Positions 39,508 through 51,054 of a DNA stretch of 64,000 nt are shown here, piece by piece. The notes under the pieces were generated by a model, which had not been told where the DNA came from, made no database searches, and was given only the letters and a program-made list of their open reading frames with translations. The position numbers and the translations under genes were made by a program. The stretch's first letter is position 1. Every line of letters begins with the position of its first letter. The DNA comes from Microcoleus sp. (GTDB lineage: Bacteria; Cyanobacteriota; Cyanobacteriia; Cyanobacteriales; Microcoleaceae). The stretch lies in the NCBI GenBank assembly GCA_052279835.1, contig CP181291.1, forward strand, positions 5,760,001 to 5,824,000, read 5' to 3'.

Positions 39508-39979
39508 AACTATTTAGTTAAACAGTGGTAAAATCGAATTATATCGGATGATACAAGTAGTGCTAAAGATGGGCACTGTCTGGACAAGGATTTTGATTCT
39601 ATTAGAATAAGTTGACGTTGGAGCAAGCGGGCGCTTGTAAAGGCTAATTTAGCGTTTGAGCCGATCGCCCAAAACTAGAATAACTTTATTTTATTTCACA
39701 TTCTGTCAACAATTTGTGATTTACGCCGCTTTGCCACATTTTTTTGGAAATTTTGATTGACTAACAGCTATTACCGCCATCAGCAAAGAGTATTTTTACC
39801 TTGAATAGTGCCTCCTCAAAGTAATGATTTAGGTGGGGGACAACTCACTCAACTACATTGTACTTTGCAATAACCCACTTTGACTACCATTCCATAGTCT
39901 TACAATCACTTAGGGTTTTATCTCAGTATATGTAAGTATTTTGACGGTTGTCAACTACTTAAAACTCATCTTTAAGTAT

Positions 39980-41770
<1,791 letters not shown>

Positions 41771-41869
41771 AACTTTTTCTCCCGATCGCTGTGTTTATCT
41801 AATTATTTTAATGATGCTAAGGGCGATCGTGTTCTGTTGGAAAGAAGGCAGGTTTGCACCGCCCAACCA

Positions 41870-42131
41870 GCCTGGGGGGTGGAGAAACGGGATTTAGTAG
41901 GATGGTGGAGGATGGTGGGCGATCGGGAAAACGGGCACCTGGAAGTGAAATGATACCACTTCCGGTTGTATCGGAATGATTTAACCGCGAAGGCGCCAAG
42001 GACGCGAAGGAAGAGAAGAGAGTGTTTAATAATTCCGCTGAAGAGAGGATTTTATAGGAGTCCTGGCCGAGCAGGATAATTTGTTTGTGATTCCTGAGTC
42101 CGATCGGTGTGTTGAAGCCATTGTCGCTTAA
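41870..42131 (+). pseudogene. cas2: Probable degraded cas2 remnant, interrupted by a MITE
   Basis: After MITE removal it reads in frame DRENGHLEVKxVLAEQDNLFVIPESDRCVEAIVA*, resembling the C-half of Myxan-type Cas2 as recalled; lies directly before the CRISPR leader. Confidence 0.45.
41954..42056. mobile_element. MITE family A variant
   Basis: CCGG..ATCGGAATGATTTAACC...AATAATTCCG...TTTATA; TGA/GGA flanks. Confidence 0.75.
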
Positions 42132-42179
42132 AATAGTTTTGGTACTTGGTCTGTTGATGAAAGCTCTTAGGATATTCCT

Positions 42180-42446
42180 AAAATGCAAGCACCTCTGGTT
42201 GTGAAGAAATCAACTAGGCTTTTATGGGGTTAAAAACCTTTACCTGATTGGCTTTGAGGCCTCTTGAACTGGCGAGGAGGTGCTTGCATTTTCACAAAAC
42301 CTAAGCTGTGTAAGCTTTTGAGGGTTGCTGTATGTCTCTGGTTAGTAGGTTTTTTGCCATAATTGCTATCTCCGGCTGCGTTGAGTGGTGGGGTGCTTGC
42401 AAAACTGGCTGGGAGGCCTTGCTATATAAGGGTTTCAGGAACCGCT
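42180..42446 (+). promoter_or_regulatory. CRISPR leader
   Basis: Non-coding; perfect 16-bp inverted pair at 42180-42195 / 42277-42292, a third GGTGCTTGCA near 42392, and CTTGCTATATAAGGGTTTC just before repeat 1. Confidence 0.75.
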
Positions 42447-43910
42447 GTGCACAGACCTTTGATGCCGTTAGGCGTTGAGCACAACTCTAGTTGATTGTTG
42501 ACTGTTGACTGTTGAGGTGCACAGACCTTTGATGCCGTTAGGCGTTGAGCACAGCTAACACCAAGTTTTCAATTAGTCTCAATTCAATGTGCACAGACCT
42601 TTGATGCCGTTAGGCGTTGAGCACATCCGTAATTAGAAGCCCGTATGAAGGAACAGTTAGACGTGCACAGACCTTTGATGCCGTTAGGCGTTGAGCACCT
42701 ACTCCCTTAACAAAATAAATGGAAAACCAAAATTGTGCACAGACCTTTGATGCCGTTAGGCGTTGAGCACTACTGAGGTAGTCAGTTCAGACAACTCAAT
42801 CTGGTGCACAGACCTTTGATGCCGTTAGGCGTTGAGCACCGAGTCAAGGAAATTGAGTACAGTTACAGAAAGAGTGCACAGACCTTTGATGCCGTTAGGC
42901 GTTGAGCACGATCTGTAGCTGTCACTTCCTTAGATTTCTTGCGGTGCACAGACCTTTGATGCCGTTAGGCGTTGAGCACGACTTGGAATCTGGATTAAAC
43001 ACCCACTTAACAAGTGTGCACAGACCTTTGATGCCGTTAGGCGTTGAGCACCTCGTAAGTTAACTACAGAAGTTGGCGTATCCGGTGCACAGACCTTTGA
43101 TGCCGTTAGGCGTTGAGCACTTTCTGAACTGCAAGCTGTACCTGGCTGATTTGAGGTGCACAGACCTTTGATGCCGTTAGGCGTTGAGCACTGTTTGTGC
43201 CGAAACATCAAACTCCCAGATAGGGACCGTGCACAGACCTTTGATGCCGTTAGGCGTTGAGCACGCATAGTTTTTGCAATAGCCACAAGCCACTTCCCAA
43301 TAGTGCACAGACCTTTGATGCCGTTAGGCGTTGAGCACTTTTGGGATTGTGGTAGTAACTTGTGGCATTAGTCTGTGCACAGACCTTTGATGCCGTTAGG
43401 CGTTGAGCACTTTGATCTGTCCCGGATATCGCCCAAGACAAAAATGTGCACAGACCTTTGATGCCGTTAGGCGTTGAGCACACGTTAGTCGCGGTGGCGA
43501 CGTTGTTAGTTGCGGTGTGCACAGACCTTTGATGCCGTTAGGCGTTGAGCACATTTTATTGCCAACAAAGGGGACAAGGTTGTTCTGTTGTGCACAGACC
43601 TTTGATGCCGTTAGGCGTTGAGCACCAACGGCATCTTTTTAGCTTGGTCAGCGGCTCAAATGTGCACAGACCTTTGATGCCGTTAGGCGTTGAGCACAGG
43701 AATCTGTTAAAAGGATTGGTAGGTAAAATTAGTGCACAGACCTTTGATGCCGTTAGGCGTTGAGCACATAGACCTATCCTAGTTTTTCAGCCCAATGCGG
43801 AAGTGCACAGACCTTTGATGCCGTTAGGCGTTGAGCACAAGTTCTTGCAGAACACAACCCAACCTATCAATCATGTGCACAGACCTTTGATGCCGTTAGG
43901 CGTTGAGCAC
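42447..43910 (+). CRISPR. CRISPR array: 21 identical 36-nt repeats GTGCACAGACCTTTGATGCCGTTAGGCGTTGAGCAC and 20 unique spacers (33-38 nt); repeat resembles the type I-B/Myxan class
   Basis: Repeats counted from 42447 to 43875-43910; no intact cas gene in the window; orientation inferred from the leader. Confidence 0.98.
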
Positions 43911-43940
43911 ATCAGTATTTATTACTGCGATTTGCACCCC

Positions 43941-44010
43941 ATGATTTAACCACAGAGAACACAGAGAACACAGAGAGAAATGAATAATTCCGATGAAGAG
44001 AGGAATTGAT
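43941..44010. mobile_element. Truncated MITE family A (left end missing)
   Basis: ATGATTTAACC..AGAGAACACAGAG..AATAATTCCGATGAAGAGAGGAATTGAT. Confidence 0.65.
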
Positions 44011-44179
44011 GTTAGGTGTCGATCGCACATTAACAAAAATTCTTACAAAACTTAACACATCATTTACGATCGCCAAATCCTTCTTTGGGCTTGTGTTTGT
44101 TTTGAGCCTATAGACAGATAGCAATATAAAAACTAGATAGTTACTATGATAAGCGAAACATTGTTAAGGAATGTAAAAC

Positions 44180-44392
44180 ATGGAAACTCGTCCTACCAAC
44201 TTACCCCCTAATGCCCTTGCTTACAACGGCAAAGACCGCAACGCTTTCATCTTTGGCTTGAACCCCCAAGCAGAACTTTGGAACGGTCGCTTAGCGATGA
44301 TTGGTTTCTTGGCTTATTTGATCTGGGACTTTGCTGGATATAGCGTTCTACGGGATGTCCTTCACTTTCTGCCTACTTATATTGCTCACTAA
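44180..44392 (+). CDS. High-light-inducible protein (HLIP)
   Basis: AELWNGRLAMIGF chlorophyll-binding motif. Confidence 0.92.
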   Translation: METRPTNLPPNALAYNGKDRNAFIFGLNPQAELWNGRLAMIGFLAYLIWDFAGYSVLRDVLHFLPTYIAH

Positions 44393-44539
44393 TAATGAGC
44401 GAACATTTCCAGTCTGGCACTATAGCGAAATATCTATACGGCCAGACTGGCTAACAGTGGCAAACTCCAGTGAAAAACACTCAGCTATTTTGTCCGATCG
44501 ACTACCTCTGAGATTTTGTGCAAAATGGGAGAATGAATA

Positions 44540-44818
44540 ATGCTCAGCTCTAATTTATTAGCCGTAGTAGAATCTGCTGTAGCTGATACAGCATCAGGTA
44601 ATTGGCAAAAACCGCTAGTGATGTTTATTTCTAATATCTTAGCATTGCTAGTTCTCAGTCGCGTAATTTGGCATCCTCACGTCGGGCCGAAAATGCCCTT
44701 GCCCTTACCCTCTTTATTTAACAATCTTAGCGTCCCCGCATTTCTAGCTTGCATGAGTGCAGGTCATCTGCTAGGAACGTTCTTGATTTTAACACTGAGC
44801 GTAGACAAGTATATCTAG
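44540..44818 (+). CDS. psaK: Divergent photosystem I subunit PsaK
   Basis: ML.S.LLA, VM...N, GP..P, P..LA.MS.GH.LG...IL.L; two TM helices. Confidence 0.7.
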   Translation: MLSSNLLAVVESAVADTASGNWQKPLVMFISNILALLVLSRVIWHPHVGPKMPLPLPSLFNNLSVPAFLACMSAGHLLGTFLILTLSVDKYI

Positions 44819-44994
44819 CTAAAATTGCGCGCCTACTCAGTTGGCTAAGAGTCTCAAAATGTTCCATCAGTAGCGCACAAAAATTCTAAGGGGTAAGTAA
44901 AAACCACACTTACCCTAATTTGATTTTTGGATTCAAATTTAGTTAAAAAAATCCAGTTCAAGTCTCCCATCGTTCATTAACGAGGTTTAAAACA

Positions 44995-45681
44995 ATGGAA
45001 TCTACATCTACAAATTCCGACAAACAAAACCTACCTAACAGCAGCGAAACCGAGCGCTGGGCATCATTAATTGGTGGCGGTGCTCTGGTACTTTTCGGTT
45101 TGTCACAGCGTTCTTTAAGAGGTGCTTTGCTGGCGGCGGCGGGGGGCGGTTTAGCAGCCCGCGGCCTAGGGATTGGCGAAGAGTTGAAGTTACCAGATAT
45201 GCCTCAAAGCATTAAAGTTGAAAAAACGGTGACGATTAACAAACCCGCTGATGAATTGTACCGTTTTTGGCGCGATTTTGAAAATTTGCCCCGGTTTATG
45301 AAACATCTTAAGTACGTTAAGGTAATCGATGAGAGCCGTTCTCACTGGATTGCTAGCGCGCCCATGGGCAATAGTTTGGAATGGGATGCAGAAATTGTCC
45401 GGGAAGAAGAGAATCGCTTAATTGCTTGGGCTTCTGTGGCAGGGGCTGAGGTTGAAAATTCGGGTTTTGTGCGCTTTCAACCGGCACCAGAAGGACGCGG
45501 CACAGAGGTGAAAGTTGTTCTAGAATATAACCCTCCCGGTGGTGCGATTACTGCTACGGTGGCTAAACTATTTGGGGAAGCACCGCAACAACAAATTGCT
45601 GACGATTTGGGTCGGTTTAAACAATTTATGGAAACAGGAGAAATCGCGACAACGGAAGGTCAATCTTCGGGCCGCAAGTAG
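44995..45681 (+). CDS. SRPBCC (cyclase/dehydrase) family protein
   Basis: VTIN.P..ELYRFWRDFENLPRFM.H, SHW, WDAEI, G.VRF. Confidence 0.9.
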   Translation: MESTSTNSDKQNLPNSSETERWASLIGGGALVLFGLSQRSLRGALLAAAGGGLAARGLGIGEELKLPDMPQSIKVEKTVTINKPADELYRFWRDFENLPRFMKHLKYVKVIDESRSHWIASAPMGNSLEWDAEIVREEENRLIAWASVAGAEVENSGFVRFQPAPEGRGTEVKVVLEYNPPGGAITATVAKLFGEAPQQQIADDLGRFKQFMETGEIATTEGQSSGRK

Positions 45682-45752
45682 TCAGCTTACCTCAACCAAA
45701 AGATGCAGATCCCCGCAACATTTCAAGAAGTCGGGGATCTAAAGTTTCCCAT

Positions 45753-46826
45753 CTAAAATGCGATTGCTGATGACACCAATACACGACCAGTATAACCCGC
45801 ACGCTGGTAACGGGCGATCGCCTCTGTGGCGATGGAACTAGCTTTTTCACTCTCAATCAAAGCTACACAAGCACCACCAAAACCTCCCCCTGTCAACCTA
45901 GCACCGAATACTCCGGGAGTTTCCTGCAATATTTCCACTAGGGTGTCCACTGACGGCGCCGAAAGTTCATAGTCATCGCGCAAGCTAGCGTGAGAATCAT
46001 TCATCAATTGTCCAAAAACTTTTGCTGGTAGTGGCTTAAAAGCTTCGATTACCCGGTTATTTTCAGTAACAATGTAGCGGGCTCGTTTTCTCAAGGGTTG
46101 GGGTAATACTTCCACGGCTTGCGAGTCTTCGATATCTCTGAGGGCTTTAACACCCAACATTTGGGCGGCTGCTTCGCACTCTACCCGTCGCTGATTGTAG
46201 AGGCTACCAGCAGGTTTGTGGGTTTCGTCGCTATCAATGACTAAAATTTCTGTGTTTTTGGGAAATCGTAATTTACGGCGATTCAGGCTGCGAGTATCAA
46301 TAAATAGCATGGAGTTGGTGTCAGCTAAACTGGCTGCCATTTGATCCAAAATGCCGCAGTTAAAACCTACATATCGGATTTCGGCTAGCTGTGCGATTTG
46401 AGCTAGTCGCACATCATCTAAGGGGAGGTTCAAGAGTGTACGCAGCCCTCGGAGAGTTGCTATTTCTAAAGCAGCGCTGCTGGACAAACCGACTCCGATG
46501 GGCACATTGGAGGTAATATAAAGATTGAGTGGCGGTACTTTGTATCCTTCTTTTTCTACCAGTCGGATGCAGCCGCAGATATAACTGACGAATTTTTGGG
46601 GTATAGTATCATCGTCGGAAAAATTTATGAGTTCGTCAAATTCTGCTGAATAGAAATGATGTTTGTGGTCGTTGCTCAGACCGATTTGTACTGTGGCGCG
46701 CTGGGGAATTGCAGTAGGAATTACAAATCCCTCGTTGTAGTCTGTGTGTTCGCCCAGTAGGTTTACTCTTCCGGGGGCGCTAGCTTGGGTTTTGGGTAAT
46801 GTACCAAATACTCGTTGGAATTTCAT
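45753..46826 (-). CDS. galK: Galactokinase
   Basis: APGRVNLLGEHTDYN.G, P.G.GLSSSAALE, CGILDQ, GARLTGGGFGG. Confidence 0.95.
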   Translation of the reverse strand: MKFQRVFGTLPKTQASAPGRVNLLGEHTDYNEGFVIPTAIPQRATVQIGLSNDHKHHFYSAEFDELINFSDDDTIPQKFVSYICGCIRLVEKEGYKVPPLNLYITSNVPIGVGLSSSAALEIATLRGLRTLLNLPLDDVRLAQIAQLAEIRYVGFNCGILDQMAASLADTNSMLFIDTRSLNRRKLRFPKNTEILVIDSDETHKPAGSLYNQRRVECEAAAQMLGVKALRDIEDSQAVEVLPQPLRKRARYIVTENNRVIEAFKPLPAKVFGQLMNDSHASLRDDYELSAPSVDTLVEILQETPGVFGARLTGGGFGGACVALIESEKASSIATEAIARYQRAGYTGRVLVSSAIAF

Positions 46827-46975
46827 GGTTGAGAAAAAGGAAGAAGATCGATGTGAAGAAGGAAGAAGTCACCTCCAAGGGGGGAGGGGGGATGGGAGAA
46901 ATTCAGGAAGAAGTAAGAAATAAGAAAAACTAGCTCTCTGAGTATTTATGACTGCTATAGGGTGAAGAAAGGGAA

Positions 46976-47096
46976 GGGAGCATCCCGATTTTGTAGGGGC
47001 GAAGCATTTCGGCAGATAAGTTATTGGTTAAAAGGAAGGATTTACTACCGCAATGATTCGCCCCTACCGATATATTTGCAAATTCGGGATGCTCCC
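46976..47096. mobile_element. MITE family B
   Basis: TIR GGGAGCATCCCGA / TCGGGATGCTCCC with internal GTAGGGGCGAA..TTCGCCCCTAC. Confidence 0.8.
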
Positions 47097-47269
47097 CAAG
47101 GGAATCACTAATTGAGAAGAAATAACTTTATTTGTTCTAGTGAATTTTTTGGCATTGTCTATTTGCTGTTGATTGCATATCTGTTAAGAAAAATAAGTGG
47201 GATTGGTTTGGCGCAAAATGTCTTGATTTGTGATACAATTATAAACTAAATTTGCTAAGATTTCCAAAA

Positions 47270-48097
47270 ATGCGATCGCCTACCCCCCGGAAACAGTTTG
47301 CTCAACATTGGCTCAAAAGCGAGAAAGCCTTAGATAAGATTGTCAAAGCGACGAATTTGTCGGGTTCGCGGGTGCTGGAAATCGGACCGGGTACGGGGAT
47401 TCTGACTCGGCGTTTGCTGGCTGAGGCTGAGTCTGTTGTGGCGGTGGAAATCGATCGCGATTTGTGTCAACGCCTAGCTAAGCAACTTGGTAAGGCTGAC
47501 AACTTTTTGCTGCTGCAAGGCGACATACTGGAAATGGATTTAGACAACCAACTGGTGGCTTTTCCCAAATTTCAAAATCCCCATAAAGTTGTTGCCAATA
47601 TTCCTTACAACATTACTGGTCCGATTCTGCAAAAACTACTAGGAACTATATCTGTTCCGGTGCCGAAACCCTTCGAGGCGATCGTACTTTTAGTGCAGAA
47701 AGAAGTAGCCCAAAGACTTTATGCAAAAGCTGGTTCCAGAGCTTTTGGTGCTTTGTCGGTGCGGGTACAATACTTAGCGGAATGCGAGTTAATTTGCGAT
47801 GTCCCTTCTAAAGACTTTTTTCCGCCACCAAAGGTGGATTCTGCTGTGGTGCGGCTGGTTCCGAGATTAATAGAAACGCCGGCGGTTAATCCGCGCCATT
47901 TAGAGAATTTGATTAAATTGGGATTTGGTAGCAAGCGTAAGATGCTGCGAAATAATTTGAAAGGGGCTGTGGATTTAGATAAATTAGTTCATTTGCTAGA
48001 AGGGTTACAGATAAATCCTGAATCTCGCGCGGAAGATTTAAGCGTGGAGCAATGGGTCAATTTGAGTAATCATATTATTTCTGAGGTGGGAAGTTAA
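47270..48097 (+). CDS. rsmA: 16S rRNA m6,2A1518/1519 dimethyltransferase
   Basis: PRK.FAQHWL, LEIGPG.G.LT, VEID, ANIPYNIT, QKEVA, PPPKVDS. Confidence 0.96.
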   Translation: MRSPTPRKQFAQHWLKSEKALDKIVKATNLSGSRVLEIGPGTGILTRRLLAEAESVVAVEIDRDLCQRLAKQLGKADNFLLLQGDILEMDLDNQLVAFPKFQNPHKVVANIPYNITGPILQKLLGTISVPVPKPFEAIVLLVQKEVAQRLYAKAGSRAFGALSVRVQYLAECELICDVPSKDFFPPPKVDSAVVRLVPRLIETPAVNPRHLENLIKLGFGSKRKMLRNNLKGAVDLDKLVHLLEGLQINPESRAEDLSVEQWVNLSNHIISEVGS

Positions 48098-48421
48098 GGA
48101 TTTTGCTAGCACCCAGACTTGTTTACAGTGGCGGGGATCTGGGTATTTTGTTTTTTTAGGCTTGGGTAACTTATGGTGAGCGTCCTCCTCATGGGGATCG
48201 AAAAATAGGCGATCGCAATTAGAGAATCTCAGAGCACGTCAAACCACACTAACCTGCTCTGCCAGAGGTAGCAGTGGCCGTGGGGAATCAACGACGCGCA
48301 ACTCAAAACAAATTTCCCAGAATTCCAGCATAATATTTCCTTTGAGTTATGAGAAAATGGACTCTGACTGCTGTCAATTAATTTCAACCAGGGGTTTATT
48401 TCACCCTTGGCTTAATTACCT

Positions 48422-49384
48422 ATGCGTTCCTATTCTCTGCTAGCTTCCGCAAAAATCAATCTCTATTTAGAAATCATAGGCGATCGCCCAGATGGATATC
48501 ACGAACTGGCGATGGTACTTCAAAGTATAGATTTAACCGATCGCATAGACTTGCGGGCGATCGGTACAGACACAATTCGCGTGCGTTGCGATCACCCGCA
48601 AGTCCCTCCTGATAAGAATAACCTAGCCTACCGGGCAGCGGATTTGTTGGCGAAGCAATTCCCCGATGCTTTGGCAAAATATGGCGGTGTAGAAATTTCC
48701 ATTCACAAGCAGATTCCAGTGGCGGCGGGGCTGGCTGGGGGTTCGGCAAATGCGGCGGCGGTGTTAGTCGGGATGGATTTGTTATGGCAATTGGGACTCA
48801 CTCAGTCGGAGTTGCAAGAGTTGGGCGGAACCTTGGGATCTGATGTGCCTTTTTGTATTACCGGGGGTACGGCTTTGGCCACTGGGCGCGGCGATAAACT
48901 CTCGCCCTTGCCTGATGTTGGACCTTTGTATGTGGTGTTGGCGAAGTTTCGGAATCTCAGTATTTCTACAGCTTGGTCCTATCAAACTTATCGCCAACAG
49001 TTCAGTAGTTCCTATTGTGAACCGGAGGATTTGGATTGTCGGCGGGAACGGCTGCATTCGGGCCCAATGGTGGGAGCAATTGCTCAAAAAGATCGATCGA
49101 AAATTGGTCAATTGCTGCACAATGATTTGGAAAAAGTTGCTCTACCTGTGTACCCCCAGGTGTTGCAGTTGCGACAAGCTTTTGAGTCGGCGGGAGCTTT
49201 GGGAACGATGATGTCGGGTTCCGGGCCCACGGTGTTTGCATTGGCCGAGTCTCCAGAAAGAGCACAGGAAATTCAGGAACGGGTAAAAAGTGCGATCGGC
49301 TCTCCAGATTTGGATTTTTGGGTAGCAAAATTTAGCAATACCGGGATTCGGATTGTTTCGGAAGGAAATGATTTGAAACCCTAG
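48422..49384 (+). CDS. ispE: 4-diphosphocytidyl-2-C-methyl-D-erythritol kinase
   Basis: AKINL.L, DGYHEL, IPVAAGLAGGS, LGSDVPF, MSGSGPT. Confidence 0.97.
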   Translation: MRSYSLLASAKINLYLEIIGDRPDGYHELAMVLQSIDLTDRIDLRAIGTDTIRVRCDHPQVPPDKNNLAYRAADLLAKQFPDALAKYGGVEISIHKQIPVAAGLAGGSANAAAVLVGMDLLWQLGLTQSELQELGGTLGSDVPFCITGGTALATGRGDKLSPLPDVGPLYVVLAKFRNLSISTAWSYQTYRQQFSSSYCEPEDLDCRRERLHSGPMVGAIAQKDRSKIGQLLHNDLEKVALPVYPQVLQLRQAFESAGALGTMMSGSGPTVFALAESPERAQEIQERVKSAIGSPDLDFWVAKFSNTGIRIVSEGNDLKP

Positions 49385-49530
49385 GTGAACCCCGACGGAG
49401 GCTGATGGATTTTCTGAAAACCAGGAGTCTAATCAGCTTAAAAAACTGCTAACATGAAACAAAACACTGATTTGAATTTTGGTCAATTAACCCTAAATCT
49501 CAAATCTTAAATCGCAAATCTCAAATCAAA

Positions 49531-49896
49531 ATGCCTGATTTAACTAATTCTAATTCTAGTTCTAATTCTAGTGCCACATCTCCAAGTTCTACTCAGGATG
49601 CTTTGCCACCATCGCCTCAACCACCAACGGTGTTGCGTTGCTTGACTGGTTCGCTGATGGCCGGAGGTTTTGCGGCAGCTTTGTATGCGCTTACTTTGTC
49701 GATCGCCCAAACCTTTGCTAACAAGCCACTTCATTCTGATAACGTGACTGTCATTAACATTGCGGCGGCTGTGCGGACTTTGGTCATGGGAATTGTGGCC
49801 TTGGGCGCTGGTGTTTTTGGTTTTGCGGCTGTGGGTTTGATGGCGCTAACTTTGCAGATTTTGATTCAAAAATTTGTGAATAAATCTACAGTTTAA
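49531..49896 (+). CDS. DUF3082-like membrane protein
   Basis: LRC..GS, FA.KP, NI..AVRTLV.G; follows ispE. Confidence 0.75.
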   Translation: MPDLTNSNSSSNSSATSPSSTQDALPPSPQPPTVLRCLTGSLMAGGFAAALYALTLSIAQTFANKPLHSDNVTVINIAAAVRTLVMGIVALGAGVFGFAAVGLMALTLQILIQKFVNKSTV

Positions 49897-49955
49897 AACA
49901 ATTTACTGAGATATATTTTCGTAGGTGGCATGAACTAAACAGCCAAATCAAAACC

Positions 49956-50582
49956 ATGGAATTATTTACGATCGGTCACTCAAATCTGAGTATTGAAGCG
50001 TTTGTTTTGCTGCTGCAAAAACATGGAATTACGGCAGTCGCAGATGTGCGTTCCCAGCCTTTTAGCCGCTATTTACCCCATTTTAATCAATCGGAAATTA
50101 AAGCATCCCTGTCTGCTGCTGGCATTCAATACGTTTTTTTAGGTAAAGAGTTGGGCGCGAGACCGGAAGATTTAAGCTGTTACGATCTTAGCGGTAAAGC
50201 TTTATACCAACGGATTGCCGCCACTCCTCTATTCTCCGAAGGAATTCAGCGCTTACTCAAAGGTGCAGCTCATTATAAAATAAGTTTAATGTGTGCGGAA
50301 AAAGACCCGATTACTTGTCATCGGACTATTTTAGTTTGCCACAAGCTTAAAGACTTCAATGTGCAGATTAATCACATTCTGTCCGATGGCAATTTAGAAT
50401 CCCATCAGGATTTAGAAGCCAGACTTCTCCACAAGTTTAACAAGGGCAAAACAAATAATGAACCAATTCAATTAAGCTTGTTTGAATTACCACCAGATAG
50501 TAAAAATGAGAGCGTTGATTTAGAATCAGCTTATTATCGTCACGGATTGGAAATCGCTTATGTCACCAAAGAAAGCAATTAA
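49956..50582 (+). CDS. DUF488-family protein
   Basis: LFTIGHSN, DVRS.P.S, ELG.R, MCAEKDP..CHR. Confidence 0.92.
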   Translation: MELFTIGHSNLSIEAFVLLLQKHGITAVADVRSQPFSRYLPHFNQSEIKASLSAAGIQYVFLGKELGARPEDLSCYDLSGKALYQRIAATPLFSEGIQRLLKGAAHYKISLMCAEKDPITCHRTILVCHKLKDFNVQINHILSDGNLESHQDLEARLLHKFNKGKTNNEPIQLSLFELPPDSKNESVDLESAYYRHGLEIAYVTKESN

Positions 50583-51012
50583 TTTATTTACAATTGGTTT
50601 TACTCAAAAAAGTGCTGAGGAGTTTTTTGGGACTTTGATGCAAGCAGGAGTCCGCAGGGTGATCGATACGCGACTCAATAATGTATCGCAGTTAGCAGGT
50701 TTTGCTAAGCGGAAAGATTTAGAATATTTTTTGCGAACCATTGGTAATATTGAGTACGTTCATGTGCTGGATTTAGCGCCTACTAAAGATATTTTGGATG
50801 ATTATAAAAAGAAACAGGGAGATTGGGATGTTTACGAACAGAAGTTTTTGAGCTTAATGGGCGATCGACAAATAGAACACAAGGTTTCGTCAGATATTAT
50901 GGATTGTGCGTGTCTGCTTTGTAGCGAACCAAAACCCCATAATTGTCACCGTCGCTTAGTTGCTGAATATCTCAAGGATAAGTGGAAAAATGTCAAGATT
51001 AATCATCTTTAA
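50560..51012 (+). CDS. DUF488-family protein (second subfamily)
   Basis: FTIGFT.K, D.RL.N.SQLAGFAK, LAPT, LLCSE..P..CHRRLVAE. Confidence 0.9.
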   Translation: MSPKKAINLFTIGFTQKSAEEFFGTLMQAGVRRVIDTRLNNVSQLAGFAKRKDLEYFLRTIGNIEYVHVLDLAPTKDILDDYKKKQGDWDVYEQKFLSLMGDRQIEHKVSSDIMDCACLLCSEPKPHNCHRRLVAEYLKDKWKNVKINHL

Positions 51013-51054
51013 AAATTGCGGTATCTCATAAAAAAATCTCAAATCTAAAATCGA

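Noticed and set aside
43626..43636. Spacer 17 start complementary to 9 nt of the repeat (possible anti-repeat)
   Set aside because: Too short; no tracrRNA-like anti-repeat or class 2 effector seen in the window.
42930..43763. ORFs overlapping the CRISPR array
   Set aside because: They are repeat-spacer translations (AQRLTASKVCA).
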